50,521 nucleotides of DNA, from IMG/VR virus record IMGVR_UViG_3300010383_000013, positions 1 through 50,521 of that record; one strand, written 5' to 3'. Within the stretch, counting starts at the first letter, position 1. Each line of letters begins with the position of its first letter. Source of the stretch: a virus. The position numbers and the translations under genes are program-made. The notes beneath the pieces are model-generated. The model had not been told where the DNA came from. It saw only the letters and a program-made list of their open reading frames with translations, and ran no database searches. Shown here one piece after another: positions 7,701 through 14,466 of the stretch.

Positions 7701-7931
7701 CCACATCACGTACACGCCGTCGGGTCCCTGGAACGTCGGGACCTGCCCGTTCGTGCCGACCGGGATCGACGTGACCGGCGCAGCGCCGAGGATGAGGTCG
7801 GTGTGCTGGGTGCCGCCGGTCTCGGCGTCCCAGAAGGTGAGCGTCGCGGACGCGAACCGGAGCGGGTCGCCGGGGGCGGCCGCGGTGACGACGAAGTCGG
7901 CGACGCCGCCGCCGAACGAGGCACGAGCCAT
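4713..7931 (-). CDS. Tail fibre / tailspike-like protein: minor-tail N-terminus, pectate-lyase-type beta-helix, glycine-rich C-terminal domain
   Basis: 1072 aa. The N-terminus LTFWDAETGGTQHTDL...PTFQGPDGVYVMW resembles actinophage minor tail proteins. VNVRSYGCKGDWDKDAGTGTDDSTAWRAACDAA is a Pectate_lyase_3-like start. The C-terminal ~300 aa are Gly/Ser/Ala-rich. Confidence 0.85.
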   Translation of the reverse strand: MARASFGGGVADFVVTAAAPGDPLRFASATLTFWDAETGGTQHTDLILGAAPVTSIPVGTNGQVPTFQGPDGVYVMWASAGGGERVQMVAAGDIVTRADAAVVLAEGSAADANAAKEAAEAVGDTNDAIMASRQADPDSAFVAAQVEAMQDPTHPVAIQQAASIADATVPRWKTGLAITTGQYVIEPNGGAIMEATANHTAGASFDVSKFKPAPGMPVNVRSYGCKGDWDKDAGTGTDDSTAWRAACDAAYTHGRAIYVPASDPGKYYAVSFWLMKGNHTIIGDGPSRSRVIKHPTVSSSTIMVDVGTSNPSVTFEGFSIDGAGIASAPNLIGTKGITGKVTIRRMAFTDFKGQAIQAAAPWVLVDDCDFDGKGAIQGQAISVQSGAREVFIKNVRGRYLKLGIVAGATTSKKVRYLSVSDSHFDGGWWTSIQKKSGSGAGVTYTATTITDTGATFTDGTIAAGDIIRVMTPLRAATITGGDGYALTMQDSGADFVTLGVLRGDIIRTADRMTVVRSVISATELLIEDWQSETDRSYTGLPSTGTSYTIYHVDRAAISAINSATQVTTYGNGFRTYNSAGVTPAAGTRYEILTVGSYQCIAALNAVERTDYSNVTVRKSASDAIVVQNGDATVTRCYAEDGRDNGLIMGSSSAPRGGKLIHAFNRAFHCGTGGHSIGWDSADCMIIGNIAEDCVSFSTGGDLASNQGSFLIGLTTGGIVANNIAIAGAGTRAGAPSYRLGPVSDGPYLTGNRGHGHTTGIVIPSGAANVRLAPGQAALVESVSDSGTGSIIPIDTGTPPQVDILSGAGNWSKPSGAVRHRVIAIGAGGGGGGGRRGAAATVRCGGGGGAAGAIITAEFLSSDLSGTEAYSCGSAGTAGAAATSDDSNGGAGGSGGLTFFGGISSSAKLFARGGAGGAGGTNSSGSGGSAQTPGTASGAAASSSGGQGGAASNATGRPHNGSGAGGGGGGGITSGNADSAGGTGAAALSGSSTDPAGGGAGVAGTAGSAPTNPALSGGSGGGGGGSSTGAGGAGGAGSYGSGGGGGGASLNGNNSGAGGAGGAGRIIVISYFN

Positions 7932-7934
7932 GGG

Positions 7935-8168
7935 TCAGGCTCCCTTCACGGGCACGAGCGCGATCGGTGTGGGGGTCCAGAAGTGCAGGGCGAGGGCGAC
8001 GACGATCCCGGTGCCGATGATCGGGTAGCGGTCGTCGAGCGCGGTGATGGTGGGGAGCGTCGGCACGTGCGGCATGAAGCCCGAGAGGATCGCGACGGTC
8101 TCGTAGGTGCAGAGCCCCGCGACGACTGCCTTGACGGCCGGGGTTTCCGGGATCACCGGGCGGCGCAT
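7935..8168 (-). CDS. Small membrane protein (2 predicted TM)
   Basis: 77 aa with hydrophobic segments AVKAVVAGLCTYETVAILSGF and IIGTGIVVALALHFW. Its ATG overlaps the stop of the upstream 37-aa ORF. Confidence 0.6.
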   Translation of the reverse strand: MRRPVIPETPAVKAVVAGLCTYETVAILSGFMPHVPTLPTITALDDRYPIIGTGIVVALALHFWTPTPIALVPVKGA

Positions 8169-8281
8169 CAGCGGGACCGCCGGACGTCGTGCACCCAGAG
8201 CAGGTACAGGCCGGTGGTGGTGGCGAGCTGGACGGTGAGGAGGAGGCCCACCCCGAGAAGAAGGCCGGCGTGCCGGCCCAT
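8168..8281 (-). CDS. Small membrane protein (37 aa, not in ORF track)
   Basis: MGRHAGLLLGVGLLLTVQLATTTGLYLLWVHDVRRSR has one TM. Its stop overlaps the next start (TGATG arrangement). Confidence 0.45.
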   Translation of the reverse strand: MGRHAGLLLGVGLLLTVQLATTTGLYLLWVHDVRRSR

Positions 8282-8288
8282 GGCGGGC

Positions 8289-8501
8289 CTACTCGTGCTC
8301 GCGGCCGGCTCGACGGCCGGACTGGTCGCGGGTGACCTTCACCGCGGCGAGCGTGCCGACCGCGGCGACCTCGGCCGACCACAGCTGCACCTCGTCGTTC
8401 CCGATCCAGCCCTTCGCCTTGGTGTACGCCACGAGCGGGGTGCCGATGATGGTCACGGCGTAGATGGCCCGCCGGACGGCGGGGGAGAGCTTCATGTTCA
8501 T
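8289..8501 (-). CDS. Holin-like protein (70 aa)
   Basis: MNMKLSPAVRRAIYAVTIIGTPLVAY...LWSAEVAAVGTLAAVKV followed by a charged tail. The layout resembles mycobacteriophage holins (MSPKIR..Y..GT...). Its start overlaps the EEP gene stop (ATGA). Confidence 0.55.
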   Translation of the reverse strand: MNMKLSPAVRRAIYAVTIIGTPLVAYTKAKGWIGNDEVQLWSAEVAAVGTLAAVKVTRDQSGRRAGREHE

Positions 8502-9169
8502 CGGCGCTCCTTCGGGGCGTGCAGGGCCACGCGCGCCCACTGCGCGTCGTGGCCGTCGATGGTCAGGTCGATCGAGCCGGTCTCGACGACACGCAGCTGC
8601 ACGCCGTTGGGGTGCTCGACGCAGCGGATCCAGTCCAGGCCGCGGTGAGCGAGGGTCCGCTCCCGCTGCATGAGCGGCGCGAACCGGACCCGGTTGACGT
8701 CGGCGAACCACACGACCGTGCGGCCGGCGGCGTAGTGGTGTGCGACCCGGTCCCGGTGTGCGGCGCGCAGGACCTGCCAGCGGCTCGCGAGCGCGGGGAT
8801 GTTCCGCGGGTAGTGCAGGTTCAGCGCGGCGAGCTCAGCGCCGCTCTCGTGCACGACGACGGCCTCGGTGATGGTCCGGGCCGGGGAGAGCCGCGCGAGG
8901 CCCGTGGCGCCCCGCGTGACGTCCTCCTGGCGCTTGTTCCACCGGTCGCCGAGGGCGATCGGTTCGCGGGTGTCCCAGCCGGCGAACGTGAAGTCGTCGC
9001 CGAGGACCCGGCGCAGGCCGCGGTGCTCGGGCGGGGTGTCGTCCTCGTCGATCTCCTGGAACCCGATGATGGTGCCGCGGCCGGCCTCGTCGTCGATGGC
9101 GCGGACGTTGCGCAGGAAGGTGCCGCGCGTGACTCCGCGTCCGAGGTTGGCGGTGATCAGGAGGACCAT
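8498..9169 (-). CDS. Endonuclease/exonuclease/phosphatase (EEP) superfamily protein
   Basis: 223 aa. EEP-like motifs occur in the expected order: LLITANL, IIGFQEIDEDD, LNLHYP, VVWFADVN, LDW, DGHD. The gene is embedded between the endolysin and the holin-like gene. Confidence 0.65.
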   Translation of the reverse strand: MVLLITANLGRGVTRGTFLRNVRAIDDEAGRGTIIGFQEIDEDDTPPEHRGLRRVLGDDFTFAGWDTREPIALGDRWNKRQEDVTRGATGLARLSPARTITEAVVVHESGAELAALNLHYPRNIPALASRWQVLRAAHRDRVAHHYAAGRTVVWFADVNRVRFAPLMQRERTLAHRGLDWIRCVEHPNGVQLRVVETGSIDLTIDGHDAQWARVALHAPKERR

Positions 9170-9172
9170 CGG

Positions 9173-9856
9173 TCAGTCCGTGTCGTCGTCGAGGTCGGCG
9201 CGCATCGCCTCGAGGTCGGCCTTGCTGGCCTTTCCGAGCGCGATCGCCTTGTCGAGCCGGGCGCGGAGCCGGGTGGTCTGGGCGCGCTGGCGGGCGCGCT
9301 GGTTGTCGAGCTGTCTGGTCGCCTTCTCGGCGGCGTCGGCGGCGCGCTCGGCTGCGGCCTGGATCGCGTTCAGCTGGTCGGCGTACTGCGCCATGTCGCC
9401 CTCCCGCAGGCGTTCGGCGACCTGGTGGAGGGTCGCGGGGTCGGTGTTGATCTCGAAGTGCATGGAGTCCGGGGTGTGCGTGTAGTCGCCGCCCCAGCGG
9501 ACCGCGCCGTCGACCTCGGCGAGGATCGCGTGTACCTCGGCGATCTGCGCAGCCGTGAAGGTCTGCGCGGTGGGGACGCCGTTGGGGTGCGCGGGCGCGT
9601 TGGCGTCGACCGCGGTTCCCGACGAGTGGTTGGACAGGCTGTTCGGGTCGTTGCGGTTCGGCCGGTAGGAGTAGCCCCAGCAGCCGGGGTTGCGTAGCGG
9701 CTCGACGCGCTCGTGGACCTGGGTGAGGACGTAGCCGAGAACGGTGGCGACGTCGTCGTCGTCACGGATGCCGGGCACGAACGCCACACCGGCGACCACG
9801 AGCGGACGCAGGCGGAGATCGGGGCTGGCCGACCAGCCGTTCTGCGACGTGGGCAT
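9173..9856 (-). CDS. Endolysin, M15 (VanY / D-Ala-D-Ala carboxypeptidase-like) peptidase with C-terminal coiled coil
   Basis: Zinc-ligand motifs SNHSSGTAVD and DSMHFE are present. An AAGGAG Shine-Dalgarno lies before the ATG at 9856. The C-terminal ~75 aa are heptad-like and charged. Confidence 0.85.
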   Translation of the reverse strand: MPTSQNGWSASPDLRLRPLVVAGVAFVPGIRDDDDVATVLGYVLTQVHERVEPLRNPGCWGYSYRPNRNDPNSLSNHSSGTAVDANAPAHPNGVPTAQTFTAAQIAEVHAILAEVDGAVRWGGDYTHTPDSMHFEINTDPATLHQVAERLREGDMAQYADQLNAIQAAAERAADAAEKATRQLDNQRARQRAQTTRLRARLDKAIALGKASKADLEAMRADLDDDTD

Positions 9857-9939
9857 GGCGATCTCCTTCGTGATGCGGGTGCGCGCGGGCAGGCCGTTGA
9901 GGCGGTCGAGCATCAGCGCGACCCGGACGCGCAGCGAGA

Positions 9940-10314
9940 TCAGGACGTGCGGCGCAGGTCGGCCAGCTCCCGCGACACGTCGAGCAGCTGGTTCTGGATG
10001 CTGGACACCGTGCGCTCCAGCTCGAGGATCTTCTGGTCCTTGCGCTCGCCCTCGAGCCGCTCCTCCTGGAGCTCGGCCTCGAGCCGGTTGATCCGGCGCT
10101 CGAACGACAGGCGCTCCTCGTCCCACGCCTTCTGCGTGAGCTCCAGCCGCGACTCCGCGTTCTCCAACCGCTTCGCGTCGATCTGCAGCTCGACCGTCGC
10201 CGACGCGACCGACCCCTCGGCCTTCGCCTTGCGCCGGTCGCGCAGGTAGTCCCAGCCGGACTTCCCGCCCACCAGGGTGACGAGCACGGCGGCCGCGGCT
10301 TCGGTCAGTCCCAT
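9940..10314 (-). CDS. N-terminally anchored coiled-coil membrane protein
   Basis: 124 aa with TM segment AAAAVLVTLVGG, followed by a long charged coiled coil (LEAELQEERLEGERKDQKILELE). Confidence 0.6.
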   Translation of the reverse strand: MGLTEAAAAVLVTLVGGKSGWDYLRDRRKAKAEGSVASATVELQIDAKRLENAESRLELTQKAWDEERLSFERRINRLEAELQEERLEGERKDQKILELERTVSSIQNQLLDVSRELADLRRTS

Positions 10315-10315
10315 C

Positions 10316-10753
10316 TCAGCGCCCTCCCAGAGCGAGGAGTCGGAGGCCGCACATGCCCGAGAAGGCCAGAGGGAACACCGCCGCCAGTAGGCCGGCCTGG
10401 CCCGTGTAGATGATCAGCGCGGCGGCGTACATCGACGTCGATGCGCCGAGGAGCCGCAGCCCGAGCCGGTACGCCGGGACGCGGGTGACGACGTACCGGT
10501 CGGAGCCGACGGCGCGGATCGACAGCAGGCCGCTCATGTGGGCGATCGCGCCGATGGTGAGCATCAGGCCCCAGGCGAAGTACAGCGGCGGGGGGAGCAG
10601 CGCCTCGAGGGACGCGGACTCCGCCCCCCAGAACAGGACTCGGACCCCGGAGATGGCGCAGAGGGTGGCGAACAGCCACTCGGCGGGGTGGTAGATCATC
10701 CCCGATGGGAGGTGTTCGATGAGCCAGAGCCGGGCCCGAGTCCTGCGGTTCAC
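10316..10753 (-). CDS. Polytopic membrane protein (about 4 TM), holin candidate
   Basis: The GTG start has an AAGGAG Shine-Dalgarno. Four hydrophobic stretches are present, and the gene lies upstream of the endolysin. Confidence 0.6.
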   Translation of the reverse strand: MNRRTRARLWLIEHLPSGMIYHPAEWLFATLCAISGVRVLFWGAESASLEALLPPPLYFAWGLMLTIGAIAHMSGLLSIRAVGSDRYVVTRVPAYRLGLRLLGASTSMYAAALIIYTGQAGLLAAVFPLAFSGMCGLRLLALGGR

Positions 10754-10770
10754 GTCGCGCTCCTTGCCGG

Positions 10771-12351
10771 TCACGAGCTGCTCGCTGTGGTGCCGTTCGC
10801 GGCGACCGCGACGACTCGGACGTGGCCGGTGTAGTCGCGGCCGCTGACCGGGGTCCAGTACCGCCAGGTGCCGTCGACGGCGACCGCGGTCGCCTTGCGT
10901 TCCTCGCCCTGTCCGTCGTCGATGTAGATGTCGTTGTGGTCGGTGTCGAGCTCGCCGGCGCCCGGGGCGGGGTTGGTGACGGTCACGAGCAGCGACCCGG
11001 TCGCGGTGTCGCCGGCGAGGGCGTACGACGGGACCGGGGGGATGTCGTAGTCGATGTCCACCGCGACCGACGTCCACGAGGACCACAGGGAGTCGTCCTT
11101 GACCCGCACCTGCACGTGCTCGGTGCGGTGGTTGGTCTCGAAGTCCAGCATCAGCGACCGGAGGCTGACCGACGTCACTTCCCCGCTGTCGAAGTAGATG
11201 ACGTCGGTGTCGGGCTCACCGGCGCCGTCGTCGGCAACCCGGCGGACCTGGTAGGCCTCCTGCGATCCGGTGGACCAGTCGACCGTCGTGTGCTGCTCGA
11301 TGATCGTCGCGCCGTCAGCCGGCGAGATGATCGTCGGTGCGCCCGGGGACTCGGCGGCGGTGAAGTACCCGGACGGAGACCAGGGGCCGACGTCGGCGGT
11401 GTCGTAGGTGCGGACCTGCCGCTCCCAGGCGCCTGCCGTGAGGGAGTCTGCTGGGAAGTCGTACCACTGGGCGGTCGTGGCCACGTTGACGGTGGTCCAG
11501 GTGGGGTCGCCGACGAGGCGGTACCGGATGTCGAAGGCGGCCTGGGGGTCGCCGTTGATGTCGGAGTGGATGTGGGTGGCGCGGTTGGTGACGTGGATGT
11601 CGACGGTCTCACCGGATGCCATGGATACGAGGGTCGGGGCGGCTGGCGGGGTGTTCAGGGGTGTGATGGTGACTGATCCGTCGTCGCTGCCCGTGCCTGC
11701 AGCGCTGACGACACCTGACGTCACGCCGCCGGTGTAGGACGATCCACCGCCACCGCCGGAGCCACCGAGGAACGCTCCGCCGCCAGCTCCTCCTCCGCCG
11801 CCGTAGTAGCCGCCGCCACCGCCACCGCCGCCGGGTGCAGCTCCAACGCCACCAGCCGCAGCGGCACCGCCGGTCGTGCCGCCGGCGACCTGAGTCCCTG
11901 CGGTTCCGGGCACGCTGCCGGACCCGGACGCACCAGCGGCCCCACCGGCGCCACCGTCATGGCCGCCGGATCCGCCTCCGCCGCCGGCGGAGCCCGCCGC
12001 GACGATCTTCCGCGCCGCGAGGCCAGTTCCGCCCTGCCGGATGTCGCTCGCGCCGCCACCGCGGCCACCGGCGCCACAGGAGCTATTCCCGGCTCCGGGG
12101 GCCCCACCGCCGTTCCACCCGCCAACGGCGCCGGAGCCACCGACGTACACCTGCAGGGTCTCGCCTGGTGTGACGGCGAGGACACCGGTCACCTGCGCAG
12201 GGGCGGCGCTGATGCCGCCATAGCCGAGCGTCCCGATCGGTGTGTTAGCGCCGCTCTGGCCACGGGCTCCCCGGACGGTGACCGCGAGAAGGTAGACCCC
12301 GTCCGGGACGACGTACTGCTGCACCGCGCCGGTGTACGTGAACGTCGTCAC
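10771..12351 (-). CDS. Minor tail protein with N-terminal glycine-rich domain and FN3-like repeats
   Basis: 526 aa. TFTYTGAVQQYVVPDGVYLLAVTVRGARG...GGGGGGGGYYGGGGGAGGG is a glycine-rich domain, followed by beta-rich repeats (PxAPT...W). The GTG start overlaps the upstream stop. Confidence 0.8.
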   Translation of the reverse strand: MTTFTYTGAVQQYVVPDGVYLLAVTVRGARGQSGANTPIGTLGYGGISAAPAQVTGVLAVTPGETLQVYVGGSGAVGGWNGGGAPGAGNSSCGAGGRGGGASDIRQGGTGLAARKIVAAGSAGGGGGSGGHDGGAGGAAGASGSGSVPGTAGTQVAGGTTGGAAAAGGVGAAPGGGGGGGGYYGGGGGAGGGAFLGGSGGGGGSSYTGGVTSGVVSAAGTGSDDGSVTITPLNTPPAAPTLVSMASGETVDIHVTNRATHIHSDINGDPQAAFDIRYRLVGDPTWTTVNVATTAQWYDFPADSLTAGAWERQVRTYDTADVGPWSPSGYFTAAESPGAPTIISPADGATIIEQHTTVDWSTGSQEAYQVRRVADDGAGEPDTDVIYFDSGEVTSVSLRSLMLDFETNHRTEHVQVRVKDDSLWSSWTSVAVDIDYDIPPVPSYALAGDTATGSLLVTVTNPAPGAGELDTDHNDIYIDDGQGEERKATAVAVDGTWRYWTPVSGRDYTGHVRVVAVAANGTTASSS

Positions 12352-12692
12352 GCCGAAACCCCTGCGCCTCGGGCGGCGAGCGCCTGCCCCAGGTCGGCCA
12401 GCGACCCCAACGGCCCAGCCAGACGCGTCCAGCCCGCGTCATCACGGACCAAGAAGAGCCGCTGGTCGCGGGTGTGCCCGATGCACACGTCCCCGTCTGT
12501 CAGCACCGTCAGCCCACCGGCGAGGTCGACGCAGGCCGTGTCCAGCGTGCCCCCGTCGAGTGGGGCGAGGACCGTGGACACCCGCGCCCGTGCAGCGGTC
12601 GCCTGGATGGTCCGCTGCTCCTCCAGCCGGGCTGCCTCGGCGGCCTGCGCAGCAGCGAGTGCCGCGGCGGCGGCTTCGGCGATGGTCGGCAT
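12348..12692 (-). CDS. Hypothetical protein (tail module)
   Basis: The ATG at 12692 has a perfect AGGAGG Shine-Dalgarno 5 nt upstream. This start is preferred over the GTG at 12710. Confidence 0.6.
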   Translation of the reverse strand: MPTIAEAAAAALAAAQAAEAARLEEQRTIQATAARARVSTVLAPLDGGTLDTACVDLAGGLTVLTDGDVCIGHTRDQRLFLVRDDAGWTRLAGPLGSLADLGQALAARGAGVSA

Positions 12693-12717
12693 CACGGCCT
12701 CCTGGGTCACTCGGGCG

Positions 12718-14040
12718 TTACTCGGTGGACTCGATGCCCTGCACCAACGGCGGCAGCGGGTTGCGGATCGTGACGGTCACCCGGTCGCCGACCTCGTACG
12801 TCGCACCGTCGAGGGCGTTCACGAACGAGTCCCGCGTCGCCCCGTCGACCAGGGCCCGCAGCGGCGCCGCCGACGTGACCGTCGCGGTCGACTGCGTGCT
12901 CACCTCGTCCAGGGGCTCACGCGGTGCGCCACCGAGCTGCACCGTCCCCGGGGACCCGTCGAGGTTGATCTGCCAGGTCGCGGCCTGAACCTTCTCCGAG
13001 GTGCCGCCGTCGGTGTACATGAACACGTCGTCCTGCCCCATGATCGGCAGCGGGTCGAGCTGCAGGGTGATGGTGCGGACCGCGGCCATGTCGGCGGCGA
13101 CGGTCTTGTCGCCCTGCGCGATCAACGCGGTCTGGTCCGCGGCGTCGACCAGCACGAACTTCCAGATCGTGCGGCCCGCCTCCACCTGGGATGTCGGGCC
13201 GTCGCCGGCGTTCTGCACCGTGTAGATCCCGTCGCCCTCCACGGGCGGGGTGGCCATGCCCTTGCGGACGAACCGCCACGCGTTGGCGATGTCACCGGCC
13301 TCGATCGACAGCGTGCGGTCCTCTCCGACGATGTTCGTGGCTGGGTCCGTGGTGTCGAGGGTCCACTCGACCGGGCGGTCCACGAGCGTCTGGATCGGGC
13401 GAGAGGTCAGCGCCCCGTCCGGCGTGCACCAGGGCGGCTCCCACCCGGCCTCGGTGAGGAGGTCCTCGATCATCCGCCGCCACGACGGCACCGGCGACAG
13501 CGGCGCCCACACCCTGGTCGCCGGCAAGTACGTTGCTCCGAGGGCCCCGCCGATGAGCACGGTGATCCCGACGTCGGCGGCATCGAGGATGTCGAGGATG
13601 GCCTGCAGGTAGCTGGTCCCGGCCTCGGCGACCCACGTGTCGGCGGGGCCGGTCTGCAGCAGCTGGAGCAGGTCGTAGCCGGTCACCTCGTAGGTGACGG
13701 GATCCTCGCCGCGCTTGGTGTCGGGCGCGGTGAGGACGTACACGCCGAGGTTGAACCGCGCCTCCACGGCGCCGTGCGACAGCGTCAGGTAGGGGCGGAC
13801 CCGGTCGCGGCCCCACGCGAGCTCGCGCTGCAGGGACAGCCGGACCGACCCGTGCACGGTGGCTCGGTTGTCCCAGTCGACGACCCCGGCGGCCAGGTCG
13901 TCGGTGATGTCGTCGACCACCCGGTTGCTGGTGTCGAGGAGCTCGGCGCCGCCGGTGATGGTGATGTCGTCGCGGGTCAGCAGGTCGCGGACCTGGGCCT
14001 CCGTGAGGTGGTCGCGTGGGGCCGCGGTGAGGGCCTGCAC
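12718..14040 (-). CDS. Minor tail protein (Tal/baseplate-hub position)
   Basis: 440 aa. It is the second gene downstream of the tape measure, the position of the siphovirus tail-associated hub protein. Confidence 0.7.
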   Translation of the reverse strand: MQALTAAPRDHLTEAQVRDLLTRDDITITGGAELLDTSNRVVDDITDDLAAGVVDWDNRATVHGSVRLSLQRELAWGRDRVRPYLTLSHGAVEARFNLGVYVLTAPDTKRGEDPVTYEVTGYDLLQLLQTGPADTWVAEAGTSYLQAILDILDAADVGITVLIGGALGATYLPATRVWAPLSPVPSWRRMIEDLLTEAGWEPPWCTPDGALTSRPIQTLVDRPVEWTLDTTDPATNIVGEDRTLSIEAGDIANAWRFVRKGMATPPVEGDGIYTVQNAGDGPTSQVEAGRTIWKFVLVDAADQTALIAQGDKTVAADMAAVRTITLQLDPLPIMGQDDVFMYTDGGTSEKVQAATWQINLDGSPGTVQLGGAPREPLDEVSTQSTATVTSAAPLRALVDGATRDSFVNALDGATYEVGDRVTVTIRNPLPPLVQGIESTE

Positions 14041-14466
14041 CTAGACCGCCTCGGAGTGCGTGACCTGCTCGACGGTGATCTTCACCTGGGTCCGGTCGGG
14101 GAACTTCGTCTGGATCTCGCGTGGTGCCTCGGCGTAGGTCCCGTAGAACTTCGCGCCCTTGTGGTCGCGGACGCAGAGCAGCACCCCGACGTGGTCGCGG
14201 AGCCACTCCACCTCCTCGGTGGTGCACCTGGGCAGCGTGATCGCGTACGTCTCGAACACGCTGCTGTCGTCGTCGCCGTGGCGGATCAGTCGCCGTCGGC
14301 CGATCAGCTGCCGCACCTCGACCCGGCTCGTGGTCGTCGGGGACAGGGTGTCGCCGACGTACTCGAACGACTGGAGGTCCGTGGGGTCGGCCGCGTCGTT
14401 GAGGAACACCGCGCACAGGTCGACACCGGCGCCGGCGGTCAGGTCGGGGCCAACGACGATCGGCAT
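14041..14466 (-). CDS. Minor tail protein (distal tail protein position)
   Basis: 141 aa. Its ATG overlaps the tape measure TAA (TAATG), and it lies immediately downstream of the tape measure gene. Confidence 0.65.
   Translation of the reverse strand: MPIVVGPDLTAGAGVDLCAVFLNDAADPTDLQSFEYVGDTLSPTTTSRVEVRQLIGRRRLIRHGDDDSSVFETYAITLPRCTTEEVEWLRDHVGVLLCVRDHKGAKFYGTYAEAPREIQTKFPDRTQVKITVEQVTHSEAV

Noticed and set aside
4713-7931. Diversity-generating retroelement acting on the fibre gene.
   Set aside because: No reverse transcriptase gene and no template/variable repeat pair are visible. The only similarity to another locus is the glycine-rich domain paralogy.
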